The notes beneath the pieces were generated by a model that was given only the letters and a program-made list of their open reading frames with translations, ran no database searches and was not told the DNA's origin. A DNA stretch of 64,000 nt from NCBI GenBank assembly GCA_963815115.1, contig CAWFFN010000007.1:800001-864000 (forward strand), written 5' to 3'. This DNA is from an uncultured delta proteobacterium. GTDB lineage: Bacteria; Desulfobacterota; Binatia; DP-6. Each line of letters starts with the position of its first letter. Within the stretch, counting starts at the first letter, position 1. The translations under genes and the position numbers were made by a program. This document shows, piece by piece, positions 16,572-28,622 of this stretch.

Positions 16572-18977
16572 TCAGAATTGGAACGGTCCGCCGAACGAGA
16601 AGCCGATCAGCTGCTTCTGGTCGTGCTCCTGGGTGTTGAACGGAAAGCCGAGCTCCACCCGCAGCGGTCCGAGCGGTGACAGCCAGCGCACGCCCCCGCC
16701 CGCCGCGTAGCGCGCGTCGTCGATGATGTTGTTCTGGTCGCCACCGTAGGCGTTGCCGGCGTCGACGAAGAGCACGCCCTTCAGCCCGATGCCCTGCACG
16801 AGCGGGAAGATGACCTCGTTGTTGAGAATGATCTGCGAGGTGCCGCCCACCGGCGTGGTCGAGAAGACCTGGCCGCGCGTGTTCTTCTTCGACTGGAAGG
16901 GGCCCAGGGTGCGCGGCTCGAAGCCGCGGATCGAGTTGATGCCGCCCGGGAAGTAGCGCTCGAAGAGCGGCAGCTCGTCGTGGTTGACGCCGGTATCGCC
17001 GGTGCCGTAGGCGACGTCCGCGCCGAACGAGTAGGTGAAGTCCCCGAAGGTCTTCGAGCGCAGGAAGGTGTAGTACCAGCGCTCGCGCGCCTCGGCCTTC
17101 AAGAATTGCTCTCCCCCCAGACCGGCCACCTCGACCGACAGGTCCTGCGCCGAGCCGGCGGTGGGATCGAAGTAGTTGTTGAGGGTGTTGCGCGAGATGC
17201 GCGGCGTGATGCTGCTGATCAGGCTCGTGCCCTCCGCCTCGCGGATGTCCACCGGCGCATCGAAGCCGATGTCGCTGATGGTCGCCCGCTCGAGGCGATA
17301 GTCGGCGCCGATGCGGAGCTCCTCGAGCGGGATGCCCCACAGCGTGTCCCACCCGAACGCGGTGACCGGGTAGGTGACCTGGACGCTGCCGCCGGTGCCC
17401 GTGCGCGAGAACTCCTCGAAGCGCAGGCGCCAGCTGAAGGCGTCGAAGCCGAGCGTCAGGGGGGTGCCGCGGAAGTACGGCTCGGTGAACGACAGGATGA
17501 TGTTGCGTCGCACCGAGCCCACGTCGCCGTTCAGGACGAGCCGCTGCCCGCGTCCGAACAGGTTGTTCTCCTGGATGCGGACGTTGAACAGCAGGCTGTC
17601 CGCCGAGCTGAAGCCCGCCCCGGCGCTGAACGACCCGGTCTGCGCTTCCTTCACGTCGACGACCACGTCCATGCGATCCTCGGCCGCGGCGCTCTTGCGA
17701 GTGGTGACGTTCACCTCCGAGAAGAATCCGAGCCGCTGGATGGCTTCCCGGCTCTTGCGCAGCTTCGTGGCGGAGAACAGCTCCTGCTCCTGAAGGCGCA
17801 TCTCGCGCCGCACGACGTAGTCGCGTGTCTTCGAATTGCCGGTGACCTCGATGCGGTCGACCGTGACGGGCTTGCCGCGCTCGACCTGGAACGTGACGTT
17901 GACGACCTTCTCTTCGGGATCGACCTCGGTGGCCGGATCGATGTTGGCGAACGCGAAGCCGCCCTCGGAGAGATCCTCGGTCAGCCGCTGCACGTCGTCG
18001 CGCAGCGCGCTGGCGCTGAACACCTCGCCCGGCCTGGTCGCGAGGTCCGGCGGGAGCTTCTCCTGTGCCTCGGGGAGATCCTTGCCGGCGATCGCCACCT
18101 TGCCGATCTTGAACTCGTCTCCCTCGTCGATCTTGAAGACGACGACCAGGCCGTCTTCCCGGCGCTCGACCTTGGGCTCGTCGATGCGCACGGTGACGTA
18201 GCCGTGGTCGTAGTACCACGCGGTCAGCCGCTCGACGTCGGTGCGCAGCACGTCCTTGTTCAGGTTGCCCGCGCCCGTGAACGGAGTGAGTATCCACGCC
18301 TCCTTCGTCTGCAGCAGGCCACGCAGCTTGCGGCTGGAGAACGCCTCGTTGCCCTCGAACTCGATGTCCTTCACCCGCACCGGCTCCGATTCGCTCACCG
18401 TGTACCGGACGTCGATCTCGTTCTCGCCGACGGGGACGGTGTCGTAGGTGATCTTCGCGTCCAGGTAGCCCTTGTCCGCGTAGAGCTTCTTGGCGGCGTC
18501 GATTCCCTGCCGGGCCTTCTCCGGATCGAGGATGGTGTGCGGCCGGATGCGCAGCGCGCCTTCGATCTCCTCTTTCTTGAGCTTCTCGTTGCCCTCGACG
18601 GTGACGTTGCGCACCAGCGGCCGCTCGCTCACCCTGAAGGTCACGGTGACGCCCTTGGGCGACGGAGTCACCTCCGCGTTCACCTGGTCGAAGAAGCCCA
18701 TGCCGTAGATCGCGCGAATGTCCTTGTCGACGTTTTCCTGGTCGAAGGGCTGTCCTTGCTGGGTCTGGAGGTGAACCCGGATCGCGTCCTCCTCGACGCG
18801 GATGTTGCCCTCGATCGCCACCTTGCTGACCGTTCGGGTCTCGCCGGGGCTCGTCGTGCGCGTCGGCGGCAGGAGCCGGGGCTCGGTCGACGGCTCGTCC
18901 TCCTGAGCCACTACCACCCGCGCCACCAGGCCGAGCGCCAGGGCCAGCATCGGCACCGCGAGCCACAACCTCCGCAT
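16572..18977 (-). CDS. bamA: Outer membrane protein assembly factor BamA
   Basis: POTRA repeats (IEGNIRV, FEGNEAFS, TGNSKTRDYVVRRE), SIRGF motif, SPLGPL and C-terminal Phe. Alternative starts at 18995 and 19013. Confidence 0.95.
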   Translation of the reverse strand: MRRLWLAVPMLALALGLVARVVVAQEDEPSTEPRLLPPTRTTSPGETRTVSKVAIEGNIRVEEDAIRVHLQTQQGQPFDQENVDKDIRAIYGMGFFDQVNAEVTPSPKGVTVTFRVSERPLVRNVTVEGNEKLKKEEIEGALRIRPHTILDPEKARQGIDAAKKLYADKGYLDAKITYDTVPVGENEIDVRYTVSESEPVRVKDIEFEGNEAFSSRKLRGLLQTKEAWILTPFTGAGNLNKDVLRTDVERLTAWYYDHGYVTVRIDEPKVERREDGLVVVFKIDEGDEFKIGKVAIAGKDLPEAQEKLPPDLATRPGEVFSASALRDDVQRLTEDLSEGGFAFANIDPATEVDPEEKVVNVTFQVERGKPVTVDRIEVTGNSKTRDYVVRREMRLQEQELFSATKLRKSREAIQRLGFFSEVNVTTRKSAAAEDRMDVVVDVKEAQTGSFSAGAGFSSADSLLFNVRIQENNLFGRGQRLVLNGDVGSVRRNIILSFTEPYFRGTPLTLGFDAFSWRLRFEEFSRTGTGGSVQVTYPVTAFGWDTLWGIPLEELRIGADYRLERATISDIGFDAPVDIREAEGTSLISSITPRISRNTLNNYFDPTAGSAQDLSVEVAGLGGEQFLKAEARERWYYTFLRSKTFGDFTYSFGADVAYGTGDTGVNHDELPLFERYFPGGINSIRGFEPRTLGPFQSKKNTRGQVFSTTPVGGTSQIILNNEVIFPLVQGIGLKGVLFVDAGNAYGGDQNNIIDDARYAAGGGVRWLSPLGPLRVELGFPFNTQEHDQKQLIGFSFGGPFQF

Positions 18978-19009
18978 CGCCCCCACCCCCGTCACCCCGC
19001 CTCCTCGGC

Positions 19010-19747
19010 TCATCCGACGCCGCCGCCGAGGCTGCCCCGGCGCGGCGCCAGGCCACCGATCGCCGGCTCGAGCCGGCCGCCGACGAGCCGCATCGTACGC
19101 TCCATCGCGGCCGCCAGCCGAGCGTTGTGCGTCGCCACGACGAGGGTGGCGCCGCACTCGGCGTTGAGCTCGAGCAGGAGATCGTGGACGCGCTCTCCGG
19201 TCTCCGGGTCGAGGTTGCCCGTCGGCTCGTCGGCCAGGAGGAGGCGCGGACGGCACATGACGCCGCGAGCCACCGCCACCCGCTGCTGCTCGCCCCCCGA
19301 CAGCTCGCCCGGGCGATGATGCAGGCGCTCCGCCAGCCCGACGCGCGCCAGGAGCGCGGACGCCCGCGCGCGCGCCTCGCGCGGCGCCTCGCGCCCGATC
19401 AGCGCCGGCAGCATGACGTTCTCGAGGGCGGTGAAGTCGCCCAGGAGGTGGTGGAACTGGAAGACGAAGCCCACCTCCCGGTTGCGGAACGCCGCGATCT
19501 CGGCCTCGGAGCGCGAGAAGACCTCCACGCCGTCGATCAGCAGGCGGCCCCCGGTCGGCGCGTCGAGGCAGCCGAGGAGGTGGAGGAGCGTGCTCTTGCC
19601 GACCCCGGACTCCCCGATCACGGCCACCCGCTCGCCGGGGGCGATGTCGAGGTCGAGCCCGCGCAGCACCTCGACCACCGCCGGGCCGTCGACGTAGCGC
19701 TTCTCCAGCCCCCGAGCCTGTACGAGCGGCGTCACCCCGGCGGACAT
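19010..19747 (-). CDS. lolD: Lipoprotein-releasing ABC transporter ATP-binding subunit
   Basis: GESGVGKS, FVFQFHHLL, LSGGEQQRVA and ADEPTGNLD motifs. Confidence 0.93.
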   Translation of the reverse strand: MSAGVTPLVQARGLEKRYVDGPAVVEVLRGLDLDIAPGERVAVIGESGVGKSTLLHLLGCLDAPTGGRLLIDGVEVFSRSEAEIAAFRNREVGFVFQFHHLLGDFTALENVMLPALIGREAPREARARASALLARVGLAERLHHRPGELSGGEQQRVAVARGVMCRPRLLLADEPTGNLDPETGERVHDLLLELNAECGATLVVATHNARLAAAMERTMRLVGGRLEPAIGGLAPRRGSLGGGVG

Positions 19748-19753
19748 GCGGCG

Positions 19754-21012
19754 CTACTCATATCGGATCACCTCGACGGGAACCAGGCTCGCCGCCCGAT
19801 GAGCCGGGGACAGGGCGGCGATCAGGCAGATGCCCACCGACACCAGCGCGACCACCAGGAAGTTCACCGGATCGATGCGCACCGGCAGGGTCGTCACCAG
19901 GAAGACGTCCTTCGGCAGATCGACGAACTGGTAGCGCGACAGCAGCCAGCAGCCGGCGAGCCCGAGGAGGTTGCCGAGCACGGTGCCGGCAACCCCGATC
20001 ACGGCACCGTTCAGGATGAAGATGCGGCCGATGGCGGAGCTCGAAGCGCCCATGGACTTGAGGATCGCGATGTCGCGGCGTTTCTCCTTCACCACCATGG
20101 TGAGCGACGCCAGGATGTTGAACGCCGCCACGACGACGATGAGCGCCAGGACGATGCCGTACACCACCTTCTCGAGCTTGAGGGCCGAGAAGAGGTTGCG
20201 GTTCGCCTCCATCCAGTCGCGCGCCCGGTAGGGGAAGCCGCCGAGCGAGCTCTCCAGCTCGCGGGCCGTGGCGCGTGCGCCGTAGATGTCGCTGACGCGC
20301 ACCTCGATCGCGCTGACGGTGTCGTTCAGATCGAAGAAGCGCTGGGCGTCGGCGAGCGCCATGTAGGCGAGCGAGGTGTCGTAGTCGAACATGCCCGAGT
20401 CGAACACGCCCACCAGGACGAACCGCTTCATGCGTGGCACCATGCCCGTCGGACCCGGCGTGCCGAGCGGCGAGATGACGTTCAGCACGTCGCCCGGCCC
20501 GACGCCGAGCTGCCGCGCCAGCTCCTGGCCGAGGATGATGCCCGGCAGCTCGACCGTGCCGCCGCCCTCGTCGGGCGGGAGGGTGATCGGCTGCGGGCGG
20601 CCGAGGGCTTCGAGGCTTCCGCTCTTCAGATGTCGCTCGATGTCGATCACGCCGCCGGCTTCCGCCGGATCGATGCCGCGTACGACCACCCCGGACACGC
20701 TCCGTCCGATGCCGAGCATCGCCTGCCCGTAGATGACCGGCGACGCGGCCACCACGCCGGGCTGCTGCCGCACCTTGCCGACGACGTCGCGCCAGTCCTC
20801 GAGGCCGCCGGTGTAGTTCGCCAGCGTGAGGTGGGGATTGAACCCGAGGATCTTCTGGCGCAGCTCGGACTCGAGCCCCGTCATGACGGCCAGCACGATG
20901 AGCAGCGTCGCGACCCCGATGGTGACGCCCGCGAGCGAGAGCGCGGAGATCAGCGACAGGAAGGCCCGCCTCCGCGAGCGGAGGTAGCGCACCCCGACCA
21001 TCAGCTCCCAGC

Positions 21013-21016
<4 letters not shown>
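19754..21016 (-). CDS. Lipoprotein-releasing ABC transporter permease (LolC/E family, single copy)
   Basis: RYLRS..FLSLIS..GVATLLIVLAVMTG, NLFSALKLEK, VAAFNI and EKRRDIAILKSMGA motifs. Confidence 0.93.
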
Positions 21017-22497
<1,481 letters not shown>

Positions 22498-22546
22498 GCC
22501 TACCGGATCGAAAGTCGACGGTTTCTACTGGGTCCGACGCAGCCGG

Positions 22547-24880
22547 TCAAGGAACGATGGCGCCGCCGCCGTCGAGCACGAAGACCGCCGAGCGCGCGCT
22601 CGCCCCGACCAGGTCCGCGACCACGGCCACGGCGTCCCCCCGGTTGGCGGCAAACGAGCCGAACTCCTCGATCGCGCCGCCGAGAGGCGACGGCGCGCCC
22701 GGTAGCGCGAGGACGTCGGCCGCGAGCGGTCCCGCGTCGGCTGCCGGCACCGCATCCGCCCGCACCCGGTAGAGACCCGGGGGCGCGGTCGAGCCGATCA
22801 GCCGCCCGAGAAACACCGCGTGGCTGCTGCCCATCACCGGCGTCGAGAACCCCCGGAAGCTCCCGCCCCCCGGCGCCGCGTCACCGGTTCCGAGGAGCAG
22901 CCCGGCGGCATGGGGCGACGCGAGGAAGAGTCCCTCCTTGCCGCCCTGATCGAGCGTGGCGCGGAAGCCGACCAGCGTGTCGCTCGCCGTCGGGGGGTCG
23001 AAGGTGTCGAAGCGGCCGCCGAGCCGCCCCGGAGCGCCACTGCCCTGCCGTGCCAGCAGCAGCATGCGCGAGCCGCGGCGCAGGATCAGCCTCGGCTCGT
23101 CCCCGGTCCCCACCTGTGCCACGAACGCCATGCTCCCGCCGCGCAGCACGGCCGGCGTTCCGAAGTTGTCGAACCGTCCACCCCCCGGCGCCGCCTTCTT
23201 CGCCTGCGCGACCGGCCGCGGGCGCCCGCCCCGCTGGAGCAGGAGCGCGCGTGGCGTCTTGCCTCCCTCGAGGGTCGCCTCGAACGCGATCTCGCCGCGC
23301 GGCCCGACGTCGGGACGGGTGAGCGAGTCGATCGTGCTGGCGAAGAAGTCGACCAGCCGGCCCCCGCGCACCTGCTGCGAGCTCTCCGCCGCCATCCGGA
23401 GTCCGCGCGCGCCGCTGGCGACGATCGCGCGGCTCGCCACCTTGCTGCCGGTGACCTCGACGCCGAAGGCGACGACCCCGGGGGCGTCCCCCGCGGGCGG
23501 ATCGAAACCGGCGAACGTGCCGCCGAGACCCGTGGGGGCGGCGCCGCCGACGAACGCGAGCATGTCGAGCGAGCCGTCGCGGCTCGCGACGAAGATGCCT
23601 TCGCGAGTACCCGCGAAGACGGCGGCGTCCGCCGACTCACGCACACTCGGCTGGCTGAAGCGGAACCGCTCGTCGCCCGTGTCGATGTCGCTCGCCTGGC
23701 CCACCTTGGCCAGGGTCGAGAACGCCCCCCGCCGTTGCACGATGAGGAGCGGACCGCTTCCGGTGACGGACGCCGGAATCACCAGGCTGTCGTCGTCGGC
23801 GATCACCGGATCGCGCAGGCGCACGAGCGACCCAACGGCGGTCTGATCCTTCGCCGAGACGATTCGCTGCAACGAGCCACCGGGGCTCGCGACGAAGATC
23901 GCGGATCCGCCCTCCCCGCCGCTGAGCGTGGCGCGGAACGCGACCGTGCCGCCGGCGTTGATCGACGGCGTGAGCGACGACGGCAGCGAGCGGATCGTGA
24001 CCGTCGGACCCTCGACGCTGGCGCCTTCGAGGACGACCGCCTGCACCAGCGGGACCGCTCCGGAGGTATCGACGCGAAAGACTCCCGCCGTGCCGTCCTC
24101 GCTCAGGTCGCCGCGGAACGCGAACGTGCCGCCGTCGTTCATGGACGCGCCGGTGACGCTGCGGAAGGTGCTGCCAACCGGACTCGCCTCCCCGGTCTCG
24201 ACCACGCGCTGCAGCCCGCCGGGCCCCGAGACGAAGAGGCCGTCCCGGCCGCTCGCCACGGTGCCGCGGAAACCGACGCGCCCGTCCGTCGCCACCCCGA
24301 TGAGCCGCAGCCCGGTGAAGATGCCGCCCGAGGGCGCCGCCGATCCGGTACGGACCGCATCGGTCAGGACGCCGTTGGTTCCCACGAAGAGACCGGTGGC
24401 GCCGTCGTCGAGCACGGCCGTGAAGGCGACCTGTCCCTTGCTGCCGGAGGCGACCCCGGCGATGAACTCGGCGAAGGTTCCGCCGCCCGGCGCCGGTTCA
24501 CCGGTGGCGGCGACGACGCCGGTCGTGCTGCCGCAGCGCTGGAGAATCCGGCTGCCCCCATCGACCAGGAACGCCCGCACCGCCGTGCAGCCGCCCGGGC
24601 CGAGGGCGGGTGGGCTCACCCCCGCGACCACGCGGCCGTCCGCCAGTACGTCGCCGGCGGCGACCACGTGCGCGATGATGTTCCCGTCGCGACGGAACGC
24701 ACCGCTGGAGCTGCCGAGGAACGAGACGCTCCCGTCGGCCATGAGCGCGAGGCTGGCGAAGCTGGAGAACGGCAGGCCCAGGGGCGATTGGCGGCCCGTC
24801 ACCACCACCGGCGTCGAGGCTGCGTGCACCCCCGCCGCCAGCAGGAGCGCAAGCATGGATATGAGCCGCCACCCAGGCAC
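22547..24880 (-). CDS. Secreted tandem-repeat (NxxGxxAF-type, probable beta-propeller) protein
   Basis: Signal peptide followed by repeated TGxxAPGGGxF...NxxGxVAF..GLF units throughout. Start uncertain (24880 GTG or 24856 ATG). Confidence 0.75.
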   Translation of the reverse strand: MPGWRLISMLALLLAAGVHAASTPVVVTGRQSPLGLPFSSFASLALMADGSVSFLGSSSGAFRRDGNIIAHVVAAGDVLADGRVVAGVSPPALGPGGCTAVRAFLVDGGSRILQRCGSTTGVVAATGEPAPGGGTFAEFIAGVASGSKGQVAFTAVLDDGATGLFVGTNGVLTDAVRTGSAAPSGGIFTGLRLIGVATDGRVGFRGTVASGRDGLFVSGPGGLQRVVETGEASPVGSTFRSVTGASMNDGGTFAFRGDLSEDGTAGVFRVDTSGAVPLVQAVVLEGASVEGPTVTIRSLPSSLTPSINAGGTVAFRATLSGGEGGSAIFVASPGGSLQRIVSAKDQTAVGSLVRLRDPVIADDDSLVIPASVTGSGPLLIVQRRGAFSTLAKVGQASDIDTGDERFRFSQPSVRESADAAVFAGTREGIFVASRDGSLDMLAFVGGAAPTGLGGTFAGFDPPAGDAPGVVAFGVEVTGSKVASRAIVASGARGLRMAAESSQQVRGGRLVDFFASTIDSLTRPDVGPRGEIAFEATLEGGKTPRALLLQRGGRPRPVAQAKKAAPGGGRFDNFGTPAVLRGGSMAFVAQVGTGDEPRLILRRGSRMLLLARQGSGAPGRLGGRFDTFDPPTASDTLVGFRATLDQGGKEGLFLASPHAAGLLLGTGDAAPGGGSFRGFSTPVMGSSHAVFLGRLIGSTAPPGLYRVRADAVPAADAGPLAADVLALPGAPSPLGGAIEEFGSFAANRGDAVAVVADLVGASARSAVFVLDGGGAIVP

Positions 24881-24998
24881 GATCCGGACCTTACGGGGCA
24901 ATTCCGATGCCAGCAAATCTCGCCGGATCCAGCGCGAACTCACCGGCGCCCGGAGGCCGCGGTGCGGCGATCGTGCAGAGGTGCACGACCGACCACCC

Positions 24999-27491
24999 TC
25001 AGGAACGAAGCTGGCGAACAAGCTCCGGAAGCCGGTCGAAGGCCGGCCCGCGTTCGACCCGAACCTCGCGGCTGCCCCGGCGATGCGTGATCGACACGTG
25101 GCCGAGCTCGATCAGCCGAGAGAGGGCGTTGCCGAACGTCACCACCGAGCTTCCCTCGGGCTTGCGTGCCTCCCCCAGGAGCAGGCTGGTGGCGAACTCT
25201 CCTCGCATGCGCTGGACGAGCTCGGGCTGCTTGATCGGCCACTCGTGCAGCGCCGTCAGCGTTCGCGCGGCGACGAGGTAGGCCTCGCGGAAATTCTCGA
25301 GGATGCCGGCGGTGGCGAGCACGACGATGTGATCGGGCCGCACGACCTCGCCGTCCAGCGCCCCCGTCTCGCGGTAGTAGGCCAGCCAGCGGGTGAGCTC
25401 GGCGGCCAGCGCCTCGCGCTCGGGGAGCGGGAATTCCCAGCGGTAGAGGTCGAGCCACCAGCGCACGTGTTCGTGCAGGGCGCCCAGCGGGACGCCGGTG
25501 AGGAGCGCTCGCGTCAGCAGCGCGGGCACGAGGAAGAAGTGCAGGGTGTTGTTCTTGTAGAAGTCGAGGTTGGTGCGCTTCGCGGTGGGGGCGTGGAGCA
25601 CCACGCCGTCGCCGTCGACGACGCGCTCGACCAGCCCGCCGCTCTCGAGCCAGGCGAGCCCCTCGGTGAAATCGGAGCCCTCGTTGCGCACCAGCGACGC
25701 CGTGAGGTTCGCGCCCTGCACGCGTAGCAGGGCCAGCAGCGCGTGCGACGCCTTGCGGAAGTCCTCCAGCCGGCACGCCCGTTGCGGCGCCCCGAGGAGC
25801 GCGGTGGCGCTGACGGAGGTCGCCCCGGCGACGGCCGCCGCGTTGACCTCGCGCAGGATGCGGAACCCGAGGCGCTGCACGAACCGCCGCTTCTCCTCCT
25901 CGATGGCTGGCTGCCCGCCCCCCTCGTGGAAGCGCTCCCGCCGGCCGTCGAGCGCATGCTCGAGGGAGATCGGCGTCCCGTAGCTCACGTACGCCATGCC
26001 GAAGCGCTTCGACAGGATGCTGCGCGCACGCAGGAGCGCGCCCAACGACTCGCGCTCCTTGGCCTCGCCCGAGACCTCGCGAGTGTAGGTCTCCTCCTCG
26101 GGGATGCGACCGTAGTGGATCGACACCGGGACCAAGTAGAGATCGCGGCGCACGCCCTGGCAGAAGGCGTTCAGGATCGCCGCCAGCATGCCGAGCTTGG
26201 GCGTGAGCATCTTGCCGGTGCGCGCGCGGCCGCCTTCGATGAAGAACTCCTGCGTGTAGCCCTCGCGGATCAGGAAGGTGAGGTACTTCTTGAAGACCAT
26301 CTTGTAGAGCTCGTTGTCGTCGAACGACCGGCGGATGAAGAACGCCCCGGCGCCACGGAAGAGCGGGCCCATCGGCCAGAAGCTCAGGTTGATGCCCGCG
26401 GCGATGTGGGGCGGCGACAGGTAGTTGATGTGGAAGATGTAGGTGAGGAACAGGTAGTCGAAGTGGCTCCTGTGGCATGGCACGAGCACGATGGGATGCT
26501 CGCGCATGCGCTCGACGACGCCCTCGAGCCCGAGGGTCTGGAGTCCCGAGAAGATGCGCGGGAAGACGCGGTTGAAGACGAACGCGATGATGCCGAAGTA
26601 GAGCCCGTTGAAGTGCGCGGCCATCTCGTCGACGTAGCCGCGCGCCTCCTGCACCACCTTGCGCCGCGGCACGCCGCGCTCCGCCGCCAGCCGCCGCGTC
26701 AGCTTCGCCAGCTCGGGATCGCGCAGCACCATCTCGCGCACCACCCGGCGCGGCAGCAGGGTCGGCCCGAGGACCACGCGCTCCTCGCGATAGAGGAAGA
26801 TCTGGAGCATGCGCGCGAGCCGCCGCGCCATGCGCTCCTCACCCTCGCGGCGGTGCTCCTCGACGAAACGGTGCAGGCCGATCTCCTTGCCGAGCGTGAG
26901 CTGCGTCTGGCCCGCGTTCCAGAGATAGGTGAACAGCCGCTTGGCCTCGCCCGGCGCCTCCTGCACGCTGTAGAGCAAGGTCGCGAAGCGGGACTCGCGC
27001 TTGTGAAAGCCCGTCCCGGGGAAGAGGGCGATGGGCACGAGGAAGGCCGGGCGCGGTGCCGCGGCCGCCGCACGCACCACCTCGCGGAGGAACTGCGGTC
27101 CGAGGCGCGCCGCGGCCAGCGCGCGGCGGCGCCGGCCCGCGACCACGCGGCTGCGCATGAAGATCAGGACCGGCTCGCCCGCCTCCACCAGCCGCGCGCA
27201 GCGCTCGACCGCGGGTGCCCCGCGACCGAGGTACCAGCGCACGATGTCCGCGAGCCGCCGCCACCAGATCGTGGACACGCCCGGAGCGAAGCGGGCGAGC
27301 GGCAGTCCCTCGCGCCGGAGGACCGCGTTCACCAGGAGATAGTCGACCGCCGAGCGGTAGCGCATGACGTAGATCACGCTGCCCTGGCTGGCGAGCTGAC
27401 GGACGCGCTCGACGAGCTCGGGGCGCACGCGCACGCGTGCGAACACCAGACGGACGAGCAACCCGACGAGGGCGCCGAAACGCTCCAGCAT
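24999..27491 (-). CDS. plsB: Glycerol-3-phosphate acyltransferase (PlsB/GPAT family)
   Basis: PCHRSHFDY (HX4D), GAFFIRR and FFIEGGRARTGK motifs. Confidence 0.88.
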   Translation of the reverse strand: MLERFGALVGLLVRLVFARVRVRPELVERVRQLASQGSVIYVMRYRSAVDYLLVNAVLRREGLPLARFAPGVSTIWWRRLADIVRWYLGRGAPAVERCARLVEAGEPVLIFMRSRVVAGRRRRALAAARLGPQFLREVVRAAAAAPRPAFLVPIALFPGTGFHKRESRFATLLYSVQEAPGEAKRLFTYLWNAGQTQLTLGKEIGLHRFVEEHRREGEERMARRLARMLQIFLYREERVVLGPTLLPRRVVREMVLRDPELAKLTRRLAAERGVPRRKVVQEARGYVDEMAAHFNGLYFGIIAFVFNRVFPRIFSGLQTLGLEGVVERMREHPIVLVPCHRSHFDYLFLTYIFHINYLSPPHIAAGINLSFWPMGPLFRGAGAFFIRRSFDDNELYKMVFKKYLTFLIREGYTQEFFIEGGRARTGKMLTPKLGMLAAILNAFCQGVRRDLYLVPVSIHYGRIPEEETYTREVSGEAKERESLGALLRARSILSKRFGMAYVSYGTPISLEHALDGRRERFHEGGGQPAIEEEKRRFVQRLGFRILREVNAAAVAGATSVSATALLGAPQRACRLEDFRKASHALLALLRVQGANLTASLVRNEGSDFTEGLAWLESGGLVERVVDGDGVVLHAPTAKRTNLDFYKNNTLHFFLVPALLTRALLTGVPLGALHEHVRWWLDLYRWEFPLPEREALAAELTRWLAYYRETGALDGEVVRPDHIVVLATAGILENFREAYLVAARTLTALHEWPIKQPELVQRMRGEFATSLLLGEARKPEGSSVVTFGNALSRLIELGHVSITHRRGSREVRVERGPAFDRLPELVRQLRS

Positions 27492-27660
27492 GGCAGAGCG
27501 CGCCGGCACGTGACGCGAGGACGCGTCGGGCAGCGCCCGTTCGGGGATGCCTGCGGCAGGGCTCGCCAGAGAGTCCGGTTTAGGCGCGGCCCCCGTCAAA
27601 AGCAAGGCGCAGCGAGCGCTTGTTGTTGACAGCACGCGCGCGGCGCGCGTTCCTGGTTGC

Positions 27661-28545
27661 ATGCCGAGCGCGAGTGCCGCCGACGACGAGCGGGTGGTCG
27701 ACGAGCCCGCTCGTCTCGACGCCTTCGTACGGCGCGTCTACCCCGCGCTGTCGCGGCGCGTCGCACATCGATTGATCGATGACGGACTCGTGCGGGTGAA
27801 TGGCCGCGTCGCTGCGAAGGGGACGCGGCTGGTCGCGGGCGACCGCGTGGTGCTGCCGGCGGTGCGGCTCGAGCCGGAGCCGGATCTGCCGGTCGTCATC
27901 CTGTACGTCGACGCGCGGCTGATCGTCGTCGACAAGCCCGGCGGCATGCCGGCCCACGCCCTCGACCCGCGGCAGCGCGGCACGGTGGCGGCGTTCCTGG
28001 CAGGGCGCTTCCCCGAGACCGCCGGACTCGGGGACGCGCTGACGAGCGGCCTCGTCCATCGTCTCGACACGGGAACCTCCGGCCTCCTCCTCGCAGCCCG
28101 GACGCCCGAGGCCCACGCGACGCTACGCGCGGCTTTCCGCGCCGGCGCGGTGGCGAAGCGCTACCTCGCGCTGGTGGCGGGTACCCCGCCTTTGCATGCC
28201 GCCATCGAGCGCGCACTCGCGCACGACCCGGGGGACCGCCGTCGCATGATCGCCGCCCTGCCCGGCCAGCGTGCCTGGCCGGCACGCACCGAGATCACCA
28301 CGCTCCGTTCGAGCGGCGGCCGGGCGCTTCTCGAGGCGACCCTGCACTCCGGCGTCACCCACCAGGTACGGGTCCATCTCGCCCTGCTCGGCTGTCCCGT
28401 GCTGGGCGACGCGCTCTACGGCGGCCCGGACGCCGGCCTCTCGCCTGGCCGCCACGCGCTTCACGCATCCAGCGTGGCGCTCGCCGGCCTGCCTCGTCTC
28501 GACAGCGACCTGCCGCCCGATCTCGCCGCGCTCCTCCCGAGCTGA
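27661..28545 (+). CDS. RluA/RluD-family pseudouridine synthase with S4 domain
   Basis: RLDAF..VRVNG (S4), VDKPGG, VHRLDTGTSG, HQVRVH, PVLGDALYG and LHA motifs. Confidence 0.92.
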   Translation: MPSASAADDERVVDEPARLDAFVRRVYPALSRRVAHRLIDDGLVRVNGRVAAKGTRLVAGDRVVLPAVRLEPEPDLPVVILYVDARLIVVDKPGGMPAHALDPRQRGTVAAFLAGRFPETAGLGDALTSGLVHRLDTGTSGLLLAARTPEAHATLRAAFRAGAVAKRYLALVAGTPPLHAAIERALAHDPGDRRRMIAALPGQRAWPARTEITTLRSSGGRALLEATLHSGVTHQVRVHLALLGCPVLGDALYGGPDAGLSPGRHALHASSVALAGLPRLDSDLPPDLAALLPS

Positions 28546-28568
28546 GCTCGTGCCGAGCTGAGCTCGTG
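28537..28568 (+). repeat. Perfect 16-bp tandem duplication CCGAGCTGAGCTCGTG x2 spanning the stop codon of the pseudouridine synthase gene
   Basis: Copies at 28537-28552 and 28553-28568, read directly. Confidence 0.85.
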
Positions 28569-28622
28569 GCGCGCGCCGCCTGCTGGCCCGCGCAGCCAGG
28601 TGCCGCGCGGGGGCGCTCCCGA

